Shown: positions 48,059-57,261, counted from the first letter of the stretch. The stretch: 64,000 nucleotides of DNA from Candidatus Thorarchaeota archaeon (GCA_046758445.1 JBHIAE010000014.1:1-64000); one strand, 5' to 3'. The notes: generated from the letters alone by a model not told the origin. Translations and numbers: made by a program.

Positions 48059-50280
48059 AACACCTTGTCTTTCTCAGTTCTGACGTAAGAGTTTGCCAAG
48101 ACAGCTGAAACACTTCCGGCCATCGCGATCATTGCCCACACTGGATGGAGCAATCCAGTCATGGCTAGAGGTACACCAATTCCATTGAACACAAACGCAA
48201 GTAGCACATTCTGCAACGTCTTCGAGTAACTAGACCTGCAGACATTATATGCATCAATCACACCCCTTAAGCGATCACTCACAATCACAATGTCAGCAGA
48301 CTCAATCGCGATGTCACTTCCGGCACCAATTGCAATTCCAATGTCCGACTGCATCAATGCGGGAGCGTCATTTATGCCATCTCCAACCATAGCAACTCTC
48401 TGGTCCTGGGCCTGAATCTTTCTAATCATGGCTGATTTCTCTTGAGGTAGGACTCCTGCATGGACCTCTGAAATACTCAATTCCTCTGCTATTGCACTAG
48501 CAGTGAGCTTATTGTCTCCCGTAACCAAGACCGGCTCAATACCTTCTGCCTTTAATTCTAGAACCACATCCTTTGCATCCTCTTTGAGCAGGTCTCCAAT
48601 TGCTATCATTCCAGCCAATATTCCGTTGACACTTACAGCTACCACGGTCAGACCTTCCCTCTGCATTTGCTCTAGTTTCTTGGGGAACTCGCCCTCTCTC
48701 GCTCCATCCTCCTTTAGAAACTCTGGACTGCCTACGAGTATGATTGCATCCCTCACGCGGCCACGAACACCCTTTCCTAGGTGAGCGCGAAAATCATCGA
48801 CAGTTTCTATTTGTACAACATCTTGCAGAGCCCGTTCTATCACCGCACGAGCCAATGGATGCTCGGAATTGATCTCTAAACTGGCTGCGAATGAGAGGAC
48901 TTCTGAATTACTGAAGCCATTAATGGCCACAATGTCAATGACGCTGGGTCTTCCCATCGTGAGTGTACCAGTCTTGTCGAAAACAACCCTTCGAACATCC
49001 TTGAATGTCTGAAAGGCCTCTCCTGACCGAATTAGCACTCCTCTTTGCGCGGCGATTCCACTCCCTCGAATCAAAGCCAGAGGCGTCGCCATCCCTATAG
49101 CGCATGGATAACCCATCACTAGAACAGCTAGTGCTGCAAAGACTCCTACTTCGAGATTTGACTCACCAAGGAGCAACCATGCACCAAAGATCCAAAACGC
49201 AAATGCGACAATTGCAGCCAGCAGCACCCCTCGAACGAAGTACTTCAGTATACGATCCACTAGCATGACAATATCAGGCTTTAGAGCCCTTGCTTCTCTG
49301 ATGTGTGCTGCAATCTGCTGAAGAAATGATTCTTCCCCCACTCTTGTCACTTCAATAATGAGGAATCCTCTCTGGTTAAGAGAGCCCCCGATGACCTCAT
49401 CCCCTCTTTCTTTTGGGACAGGAATCGGTTCACCTGTGACAAGGCTTTCATCTACGGCTGAAGCGCCTCTTCTTACGATTCCATCAACAGGGATGCTCTC
49501 ACCCGGTAACACCTTGACTAGATCACCCTGTTTCACATTCTCAACAGGAATCTCGGTTTCACTCTCGCCAGGTCCGATGAGCCTTGCGGTTGCAGGTTGG
49601 AGGTCCATGAGCTTCTTGATTGCCTGAGATGAACGAGTACGAACAAGAAGAGATACATAGCCAGAGAGGACATGATATGAGGTCACAAATACAGACACTG
49701 CAAAGAAGTCCATAACAGGCCATGGTTGAATAATGATGCCAATGATGCCCCCTAGAATCCCGCCAAAGGCAGCAAACTCTAAGAGCACATGCTGGTTTAG
49801 TATCCCTCTTCGAAGAGATGCTCCTGCCAATCGTTTTATGTGCAGCCCTGGACCAAACATTGTCAGGACTGCCAGAGAGAACATAATACTGAATCCAAAT
49901 GGAATAGAATAACCAGTCCACATCAGTAACATCATGGTGGCTGCTAATAGTGTCAGAATACCAGCAGCAATCAGCCACTTCTTTTCTAGAATAAGCTCTT
50001 CCTCATCTTCTTCAAGGCTGCGTACCTTGTCAGGGTCACGGATGGTGAACCCAATGCTTCGCAGAGTATCCTTGATGGCCGTGGGTGTCTGGTGCCCGGG
50101 ATCATACTCTATAAGTGCCTCCTCATGACTCAAACTCACGGCTACATCACAGACTCCCTCCATTCTCGAAAGTGCCTGTCTTACACTTTCTGTGCAGAAC
50201 GAACACTGAAGCCCCCCAATCTTGACCAACAACTTGTCGCGAACAAGTTGTGCATTGGACTCTTCTACCAATATCACCAT
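48028..50280 (-). CDS. copA: Heavy-metal P1B-type ATPase (CopA-like)
   Basis: N-terminal GLQCSFC, TGEP, GYPCAIG, DKTGT, SEHP, TGDN, GDGINDAP. Confidence 0.88.
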   Translation of the reverse strand: MVILVEESNAQLVRDKLLVKIGGLQCSFCTESVRQALSRMEGVCDVAVSLSHEEALIEYDPGHQTPTAIKDTLRSIGFTIRDPDKVRSLEEDEEELILEKKWLIAAGILTLLAATMMLLMWTGYSIPFGFSIMFSLAVLTMFGPGLHIKRLAGASLRRGILNQHVLLEFAAFGGILGGIIGIIIQPWPVMDFFAVSVFVTSYHVLSGYVSLLVRTRSSQAIKKLMDLQPATARLIGPGESETEIPVENVKQGDLVKVLPGESIPVDGIVRRGASAVDESLVTGEPIPVPKERGDEVIGGSLNQRGFLIIEVTRVGEESFLQQIAAHIREARALKPDIVMLVDRILKYFVRGVLLAAIVAFAFWIFGAWLLLGESNLEVGVFAALAVLVMGYPCAIGMATPLALIRGSGIAAQRGVLIRSGEAFQTFKDVRRVVFDKTGTLTMGRPSVIDIVAINGFSNSEVLSFAASLEINSEHPLARAVIERALQDVVQIETVDDFRAHLGKGVRGRVRDAIILVGSPEFLKEDGAREGEFPKKLEQMQREGLTVVAVSVNGILAGMIAIGDLLKEDAKDVVLELKAEGIEPVLVTGDNKLTASAIAEELSISEVHAGVLPQEKSAMIRKIQAQDQRVAMVGDGINDAPALMQSDIGIAIGAGSDIAIESADIVIVSDRLRGVIDAYNVCRSSYSKTLQNVLLAFVFNGIGVPLAMTGLLHPVWAMIAMAGSVSAVLANSYVRTEKDKVFVVEAADGRG

Positions 50281-50304
50281 TCCGCCTCTGTTCTTCCCGA
50301 TTCC

Positions 50305-50541
50305 TCAGCCCGAAGAAACAGGTGACGCAGGAAATCCAATCTTCTTTAGCACCTCTATGATTCTTTCAAGAACAATCTGATCTGAATCATAACTCACAAC
50401 TACTTCCTGAGTTGACTGACTTGTTTCTACAGCTAAGACTCCGGAGAGGATGTTCAATACATTCTTGATTCTCTTCTCGCAACTTGTACAATGAATTGCA
50501 TTTTGCTGAACAATGAGCTTGGTTCGGTGGATGTCTGTCAT
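50305..50541 (-). CDS. copZ: HMA-domain metal chaperone (CopZ-like)
   Basis: IHCTSCEKRI...L..V; start taken at MTDI (50541). Confidence 0.8.
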   Translation of the reverse strand: MTDIHRTKLIVQQNAIHCTSCEKRIKNVLNILSGVLAVETSQSTQEVVVSYDSDQIVLERIIEVLKKIGFPASPVSSG

Positions 50542-50653
50542 TGCATGAGCGTTTCCTAATATGTAATACCTAATCTCAAGGCAGATATATCCAACAAATA
50601 TCATTCATCGAAAAAAGAGCTATGGAAATCGGCATTGGGAATCAATTCAATAG

Positions 50654-50720
50654 AAATGAAAGGGTGCTCAACAGTGACAGAAGGGCAGATCCCCAATCTC
50701 TCTATCACCGCCGCCTCTAC
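50654..50720 (+). repeat. Short-form (type B) repeat (copy 11)
   Basis: 60-bp identity with 44449-44508. Confidence 0.92.
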
Positions 50721-50808
50721 GTTCCTCCTATTCAGGAGAAATCAGTCCATCCTCCTATTCACATAGTCAGTAAAGCACTTCAACATACTCGACGTAGAGC
50801 TATGTGGT

Positions 50809-51363
50809 GTGTTGAGTATGAGGAGATTGCACGCGCCTGCGAAGATTTCTATACCGTTGGCATTGATGTTGGTAGGACTCGTTTTGATTGCTTCGTGTGC
50901 ATTCCCTGTTGTAAGCATTGAAGAGGTCATCAATGTGTCATTCACATTGAGTCCAGGCTTTGAGTATGGTCCAGGTGAGAATGGAACCACCTATCATACC
51001 AGAGTTCACGGATACTCATCTGTCTTGAGGGGGGAGATTACGATTGACGGAGGGGGAGTCTACTTCAATGCGAACGGATACAACACACAGGATTTCAAAA
51101 ATGTCTATGTGGAGGACCAATATGCGTTCACGGTCGACCCTGCTGATGATCTCTATTGGTTTGTGTTCAACAATACCTCTGGCGGAAGTGAGAGTGACAT
51201 AGCGTTCAGACTGGAAGAGGTTTGGACCGCGCCCTTGGCTTTCAGTTCGTTCCCAATGATTATCCTAGCGGTGACATCACTGTTCTTGTTCCTCATTGGG
51301 CTTCTGGGCATGGTAATCACACGAGTACGAAGAGTCAGAACCGGGAACTCTGATGTGTTCTAG
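50809..51363 (+). CDS. Membrane protein with a small beta-sandwich between two TM helices
   Basis: N- and C-terminal TM helices; AFTV....YWFVFNN pattern. Confidence 0.6.
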   Translation: MLSMRRLHAPAKISIPLALMLVGLVLIASCAFPVVSIEEVINVSFTLSPGFEYGPGENGTTYHTRVHGYSSVLRGEITIDGGGVYFNANGYNTQDFKNVYVEDQYAFTVDPADDLYWFVFNNTSGGSESDIAFRLEEVWTAPLAFSSFPMIILAVTSLFLFLIGLLGMVITRVRRVRTGNSDVF

Positions 51364-51504
51364 GTATTGTCCTGTAGAAGCCTAGAATGCATATTGCACC
51401 AATCCTGTGCAGGAATACCGAATTGGTAAGCAATTCACACAGTGGGGTCTTTTGTAACTCCGTGTCTACCTCCGTCACCGCATGATGAACTTCTTGGAAT
51501 CTCT

Positions 51505-52551
51505 TTAGAGGCGGATCAAATCCTTCAACCATTCAACATCCCCACGCTTTCTCTTCCAGAACAGGTCTTCCCAGATATAGTGAACAGCAAGCATCTTGTA
51601 TTTGCCAAAGTGCTCGTTGAAGTGTGCCAAGAGTCTGTCAACAGAAACCGGTTCAGAAGGGTCTGCATCAAAGAAGAGCTTGGAGTAGATCTTCTTCTCC
51701 CAAGGAGAGATGTGCTCTAACTCGTCTAGATGATGAAACACGTCGGAGAGAATGTAACCAACTGAAGCAGGACCGACCCCGTAGAGCCCGAGAAGTGCTT
51801 TCCTTTGCTCCTTCCTGGGCTCTTCTCTCAACTCAGACTCGCTGATCTCTCCCATGACAAAGGCCTCGGTGACCTTCTTGATGGACTTGGCTCGATAGCC
51901 CACCTTCAATTCCCTGAGTTCCTGCTCTGATGCCGTGTGCACTGTTTCCGGTTCCCAAAAGCAGTACAACTCTTTGTCATCGTATGAGAGCAGGCTTCCG
52001 AAGGTTTCGAAGAGAGCTTGCATCATGTTGACTGATCGCCGTACAGTTGCATTCTGTAGGACTATTGCGATGATTAGATATTCGTAGAGCGAGCTAAGGT
52101 TCAGCGGTCGCATTCCTCGCCATCTTTCAATAACAGGCCCAAGTTGCGGGTCGTTTCGGAAACTCTGATAGAACTCGGTCAGGTCAGAATGCAGGTTCAA
52201 GCGGTAGTTGATCTCACGAGTAAGACCGTTCAGGAAATGTGGAGTGAGTTTCTTCTGTGACCAAATCGAGAGAGACATACTAGGTCGATCGACTGATCCC
52301 TGACTTTCAAACTTTAGACCCAAGGACGTGTTCTGCCAGAGCATCGTCTGCCATCTGACACCCGGTTCCCAGTCATTGTCGGCCGAAGGGAAGTGATCTG
52401 GTTTGTGCATCGTAGCATCGAAGCTGAATGGAAACCTGGGAACGAGCTCCATGACTTGCATCGTCTTTAAGGCGATAGGAGGCCCCATGAAGACTACTCC
52501 GACACTCAAAATCATGTGATAGAGAACATATGAATTGGCAACATTGGGCAT
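51505..52551 (-). CDS. HhH-GPD superfamily DNA glycosylase-like protein
   Basis: YEYLIIAIVLQN, LKVGYRAK, LLGLYGVGPAS. Confidence 0.75.
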   Translation of the reverse strand: MPNVANSYVLYHMILSVGVVFMGPPIALKTMQVMELVPRFPFSFDATMHKPDHFPSADNDWEPGVRWQTMLWQNTSLGLKFESQGSVDRPSMSLSIWSQKKLTPHFLNGLTREINYRLNLHSDLTEFYQSFRNDPQLGPVIERWRGMRPLNLSSLYEYLIIAIVLQNATVRRSVNMMQALFETFGSLLSYDDKELYCFWEPETVHTASEQELRELKVGYRAKSIKKVTEAFVMGEISESELREEPRKEQRKALLGLYGVGPASVGYILSDVFHHLDELEHISPWEKKIYSKLFFDADPSEPVSVDRLLAHFNEHFGKYKMLAVHYIWEDLFWKRKRGDVEWLKDLIRL

Positions 52552-52742
52552 GATGCAAGGTCGACCTCTGAGTTGTGTCCTTGGAGCTTCTCTAGCTGAC
52601 TCATTAGCTATGTTGTTCGCACTGCGCTGGAGATTGAAGTCAATCAGTGGGATAGAATGATGCTGAACACTTGTCTAAAACGAAGAGTCGCGTTGTAGTG
52701 GAAATGCTTGTCAGCCCAAGGTATCATGAGTGTCAGGAGAAT

Positions 52743-53426
52743 TCATAGAATACGGCTGTGGGAAGGATGCGTTGTTTCGCGGCGCTCTTGACAAGACTCC
52801 TCCAAGACTGGTTCCCAGAGATAGCCCCTGATGAATCTTCTCACAACGGGTCCAACAGTGGCTGCTATGATAGATCCCACAGTGACTTGAACAATGTTGG
52901 TTGTAAGTAGCTCTGCCAAAGCAGCACCGAATCCGAATAGCGGAATCTCTGCTAGGAAGTATCCGGTCAGCATGACCGATGACGCAACAAAAAGCCCTGC
53001 AAAATCCCATATCGTCAGCCACTTGGCAGACCTAGCCCTGCGGGAAATTAGGCCCATGATCATTCCCTCGCATCCCTTTACAACGAGCGTGATGGGTGCG
53101 AAGTGAAGGTATCCAAGAACAATGTCACCCATTGCAGATCCGCACCCTCCTGCAATGAAACCTCCAAAAGGACCAAGAATCAAGCCGCTCAGTAGTACCA
53201 GTGTGTCTCCGAAGTTCAGAAACCCAGTAGTTGTTGGGAACGGGACTGCTATGATGATTGTGGCTACTGTCGTCAGCGAAGTGAGTATTGATAGCAGGGC
53301 GACATAGAGCGCAGGACTTGATGTTTTGGGCGCGAAATATTCCAACGATGTTCTTCCTCCAAGCAGTAGACCGGGGAAGGCATATATAATCGTGAGCCTA
53401 TATATAGGTTCGAACCGAGATGTCAC
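52743..53426 (-). CDS. ECF transporter S component (true start probably near 53345)
   Basis: P..TGFLNFGD, LGP..G..AGG.GSAMGD, APIT..VKG.EG. Confidence 0.85.
   Translation of the reverse strand: MTSRFEPIYRLTIIYAFPGLLLGGRTSLEYFAPKTSSPALYVALLSILTSLTTVATIIIAVPFPTTTGFLNFGDTLVLLSGLILGPFGGFIAGGCGSAMGDIVLGYLHFAPITLVVKGCEGMIMGLISRRARSAKWLTIWDFAGLFVASSVMLTGYFLAEIPLFGFGAALAELLTTNIVQVTVGSIIAATVGPVVRRFIRGYLWEPVLEESCQERRETTHPSHSRIL
53383..53409 (+). promoter_or_regulatory. TATA box plus operator-like TGAGCCTATATATAGGT
   Basis: tatataa-N3-tgagcctatatataggt recurs exactly at 60935-60961; core CCTATATATAGG is a perfect palindrome. Confidence 0.7.
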
Positions 53427-54913
53427 TTCGGTCTGGATTCATGTGTACACAATGTGGGAGCAAGTATGAACCAGAAGTCCAAATCACATCATGCACTGAG
53501 TGCGATGGAGTGTTGCACATTCAGTATGACCTCCAAGAAGCAATAGAGAGTCTGAGTGTGCGGAAACTCCAGAAACGTCGGCCAGGCGTATGGAAGTACT
53601 TCGAACTCTTACCCCTAGGAGAACAGAGCAATATGGTTTCTCTAGGTGAGGGTGGAACACACTTGCACAAGTGTGACCGCCTGGCAAAGGATATCGGTGT
53701 TGTAGACCTCTACTTGAAAGATGAAACCACTAATCCTACTGGTGCATTTATCGACAGGGGAACTGCTGTCGAGGTGTCTGTAGCCAAGGAGCACAGAGTC
53801 AGGTCGATCTGTTGTGGATCTACTGGCAACCTTGCAGCATCACTGGTTGCCTATGCTGCACGCGCTGGCATACAATGCAAGGTGTTTGTTGGTCGGAAGG
53901 CGGTCGTCGACATTGGCAAGTTGTATCAGATTCTTGCATATGGTGACGACGTTGAAATCGTCAAGGACTACAATGAGGCACTGGCACGTGCCCACCAAGA
54001 AGCTGGAAGGAGTCACTTCGTGACAGGGCACAACCCGCACTTCTTGGAAGGGGAGAAGACAACAGTCTTTGAGATCTGCGAGCAGCTTGAATGGAGCACC
54101 CCAGATTGGATAGTGGTGCCCATGGGGAATGGAGGCCACATATCGATGACTTGGAAAGGGCTTACTGAGTTGGAACAGCTCAATCTGATTCCTGACCGAA
54201 ATGTGAAATTGGCTGGGACACAGGCAAGTGGATGTGCACCAATTGTTGATGCTTTCCAGCGAGGTAGCAGAGAGATTATTCCATCCAAGGTGTCATCCAC
54301 CGTTGCTTTTGATATAGGCATGAAGAATCCAACTAGCGGCCACACGGCCCTTTTGGCCATAGAGAGGTCAGGAGGAGAAGCTGTAGCGGTGTCTGATAGG
54401 GAAATCTTTGAAGCAGTCAGGTCTCTCGCTAAGCTTGAAGGAGTTTTCGCGGAGCCAGCCTCTGCAACCACGATTGCAGTTCTGAGAAGACTTGTTGGCC
54501 AAGGTACGATAGACCGCTCTGACAGAGTTGTGTGTGCCATAACTGGTATGGGCTTGAAGTATCCTGAAACTGCAAGATTGTTTGCCAGGGGTAAAGGAGA
54601 ACTAGAGCATCTTCTCAGCAGAGTCGAAGGCAGAAGATTTACAACGGAACTTGGACAGACCAAGATTCGCATTCTCAATATCCTCTCAGCTGCTGAGCTC
54701 TATGGCTATGCTATATGGAAGACACTGGGTGATGAATATGGTATACACATCAAGATTCCAAGTGTGTATCAACATCTCTCTGAACTCACAAGCAGTGGCT
54801 TGATTGTAGCTACCCGTTCCGAAGAAACGCTAAAGAGGACACACCGGAAGTACTACGCGCTCTCTGAGAGAGGGAGATGGATTCTGAAACAACTCAAGAG
54901 CCTGACGGGCTAG
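53420..54913 (+). CDS. Threonine-synthase-like domain (PLP lysine lost) fused to a C-terminal PadR-type winged HTH
   Basis: CxxC..CxxC, SLGEGGT, NPTGAFIDRG, STGN, PMGNGG, EGVFAEPASA, TG.GLK; then LYGYAIW...SVYQHL.EL...RKYYALSERG. Confidence 0.85.
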   Translation: MSLRSGFMCTQCGSKYEPEVQITSCTECDGVLHIQYDLQEAIESLSVRKLQKRRPGVWKYFELLPLGEQSNMVSLGEGGTHLHKCDRLAKDIGVVDLYLKDETTNPTGAFIDRGTAVEVSVAKEHRVRSICCGSTGNLAASLVAYAARAGIQCKVFVGRKAVVDIGKLYQILAYGDDVEIVKDYNEALARAHQEAGRSHFVTGHNPHFLEGEKTTVFEICEQLEWSTPDWIVVPMGNGGHISMTWKGLTELEQLNLIPDRNVKLAGTQASGCAPIVDAFQRGSREIIPSKVSSTVAFDIGMKNPTSGHTALLAIERSGGEAVAVSDREIFEAVRSLAKLEGVFAEPASATTIAVLRRLVGQGTIDRSDRVVCAITGMGLKYPETARLFARGKGELEHLLSRVEGRRFTTELGQTKIRILNILSAAELYGYAIWKTLGDEYGIHIKIPSVYQHLSELTSSGLIVATRSEETLKRTHRKYYALSERGRWILKQLKSLTG

Positions 54914-55127
54914 CTGCTACCACCTCCTACAGACCGGCTCTTTGCAGTGCTTCTCAATACCTTGGTGGCCCTCAGTAACCATTTGAAAGGCCCGGTAACA
55001 AGAAACTCGTAGGCTATCAGGAAGACGCTCACTTGGATGCTCCCTTAGTCCACATAGTTGACCATGGCATGTAACCCAAAACCTGATGCGCAAACCTGCA
55101 TCGATAGATCCAAAGAGTTTCCAGTAA

Positions 55128-55628
55128 TCAGTGTTCGAATCCCCATGATGCTTTCTCTATAGGTTTGATCTGTAACATTGCTCTATCATCAGCGTTTCTT
55201 GGAGTGAGGTCGTTACGTGCCCATTGCATGTATTGAGGATACCGTTGTAGGAGAAGAGTCCAACCCTTGGTGAATTCACTTTTGTGCTGTTTGAAGCGGA
55301 GAAGCTCTGCAACTCCATTCACCATGATTCCACGAAGCGTCAACCATCTCCCGTGCTCTTCTTCATACCTGTCAACAACTAATGAAACGTGGCTTCCGGG
55401 CTTCAGATTCTTGACGCGCCTACTCCTCATTGAGAGAGTAGTGTAGAAGCAGGACCCATCAAAGACATAACAGACGGGTACAACGTGAGGGGACTTATCT
55501 ATGGGTGACACAGTAGCAATACGTGCCACGCGCTCGGCCCTCAAGAAGATCATTTCGGACCTTGAGAATTGAACACTTCTCACAGTCAGACACCTCTGTC
55601 TTACAGTAGTCTTGTTCACAGGTTTCAA
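55128..55628 (-). CDS. Pyridoxamine 5'-phosphate oxidase-like (PPOX/F420-binding) protein
   Basis: RVARIATV..PHVVPVC, RVKNL....VSLVVD.Y. Confidence 0.85.
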   Translation of the reverse strand: MKPVNKTTVRQRCLTVRSVQFSRSEMIFLRAERVARIATVSPIDKSPHVVPVCYVFDGSCFYTTLSMRSRRVKNLKPGSHVSLVVDRYEEEHGRWLTLRGIMVNGVAELLRFKQHKSEFTKGWTLLLQRYPQYMQWARNDLTPRNADDRAMLQIKPIEKASWGFEH

Positions 55629-56335
55629 GGATAGTTTTGCCCGCGAACTGTTCTCAGAGAGTCAGGTATCTCCAGTCTGTCAGCAACATCTTCAGCAATC
55701 GAGTTCCCGAGCATCTTTCTTAGCAGGAACACACCGAGGGCTATGGACGATGTCACTCCGGCCGCGGTAATGATATTACCCTCATCCACGACTGTATCAG
55801 TTACCACTTCACAATACTGACGCAATTCATCTCTTGCGCCTGCATGAGTCGTGGCTCTCCTGCCTGTTAGCAAACCAGCTGCTCCGAGAAGGAGGGCTCC
55901 CGTACACACAGAACATAGAAGACCATCAGCACTGAAATCACGAAGCCTTGACAATACAGTGTCATTCTGCATGAGAGCCCTCACACCCTTCCCACCCGGC
56001 ACGATCAACATGTCGTATGAGTCGAATGCAACCCCTACTCTGTGAGGCACAACATTCAGGCCATTCGCACATGTTACAAGGTCATGTGCCGCAAGGACAT
56101 CTACTGTAAATGCAGTGTCTACGGCAATCTGGTTCTGATTCAACATTCTCAGGGCGGCTCCAAGAACCTCATATACACCGACGAAGTCGAGCTCTTCCAC
56201 ATCAGGAAAAATGAAGATACCGATTCTACTAATCTTCATCCAAATGCCTCGTGAGTCATGATGGTATACTAGAGTTGACCCTACGCCCGTTAAGGCCTTT
56301 GAGCCAGCACCTGCCGGAATGAAGCTCTCAGACAC
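55625..56335 (-). CDS. DJ-1/PfpI family protein (start probably near 56240)
   Basis: EELDFVG..EV, VPGG.G, SVCTGA, ATTH. Confidence 0.9.
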   Translation of the reverse strand: MSESFIPAGAGSKALTGVGSTLVYHHDSRGIWMKISRIGIFIFPDVEELDFVGVYEVLGAALRMLNQNQIAVDTAFTVDVLAAHDLVTCANGLNVVPHRVGVAFDSYDMLIVPGGKGVRALMQNDTVLSRLRDFSADGLLCSVCTGALLLGAAGLLTGRRATTHAGARDELRQYCEVVTDTVVDEGNIITAAGVTSSIALGVFLLRKMLGNSIAEDVADRLEIPDSLRTVRGQNYP

Positions 56336-56438
56336 GGATAATGAGAATCGTCACATCAGAACTGCGACAAGTCAAGACCCAAGGGTCGATTGATGCATTC
56401 AGAGCTCTGACACAAGCCATTTCATATCTCACCTAGTT

Positions 56439-56942
56439 TCAGACTTCGAGCTTCTCATTTCTGTTGCTACGTTTCTCCCAAGTCATGATCTCCTCACAGT
56501 AGGGTGAGAACGGCCTTATGCGATCATAGTTTCGGTCAAAGCTGATTCCTTTGTCAAGTAATGATAGGAAGATCTGAGTTGGCCTATGATAGGCCTTCTT
56601 GCATACCTCCCTTGTTTCAAGCCCGAACTCCATGCAGGCATTGAGAACCGGACAGTTATTCTACCATCTTGTCACAAGCTCGCTGTCTGACCTATGCACA
56701 ATCTCCCCATCAAATGGAACTGAGGTCTGAAGGTAAATCTCGTAGAATGTCCTGTAGGCATTATCCAATGGACTTTGACTTCTAAGTAAGGAGTCCCTGT
56801 TCTCACGAATCCATCTAGTTCTTCTCTCTATCACACACTTCTCAAGGTGTTTCAGTGCAGTGTTCAGCCCGACTTCTTCAGCAATCTGGAGGACAGTCCG
56901 AAATAGCGATTGGAGATCACCAGTTTGCTCTTCATACGCCAT
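56439..56942 (-). pseudogene. Cys-containing hypothetical protein interrupted by one in-frame TAG
   Basis: ...ELVTRW*NNCPVLNACMEFGLETREVC...PYCEEI; TAG at 56661-56663 joins two ORF-track ORFs in one frame. Confidence 0.7.
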
Positions 56943-57261
56943 GGTTGCGAATGATAGTATGTCTGGTAACAGCGCTCCATGGCAAGACGTCATTGGCTAT
57001 AATGCTGAGGTGTGATGACGTCTACACACAGAAAGGTAACACATAATGGAGAGGACTACCAAGAGGCTTTTTAGTCGTAAGAGTGTCGCCTTGGTTCGAT
57101 TGTGTAGCGAAAGATGGCGTTAAACAATACGAAGAGCTAGTTACTGTGGATCCGATGACTGCGTTTCTTGGTCCGTGAATTGATCTTGGAAGTCTTCGAC
57201 TGTTCATCGTGGAGCACATGTGGGGAAGCCGGATTTCAATAAGAATCATTCATTTTTACCG

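Noticed and set aside
42425-50720. CRISPR array interpretation of the repeats
   Set aside because: Repeats are 65-225 nt and separated by whole genes (0.5-2.6 kb), not 30-40 nt spacers; no cas genes in the window.
53420-54913. Functional threonine synthase (thrC)
   Set aside because: The PLP-binding lysine is replaced by Ile and an HTH is fused; gene symbol withheld.
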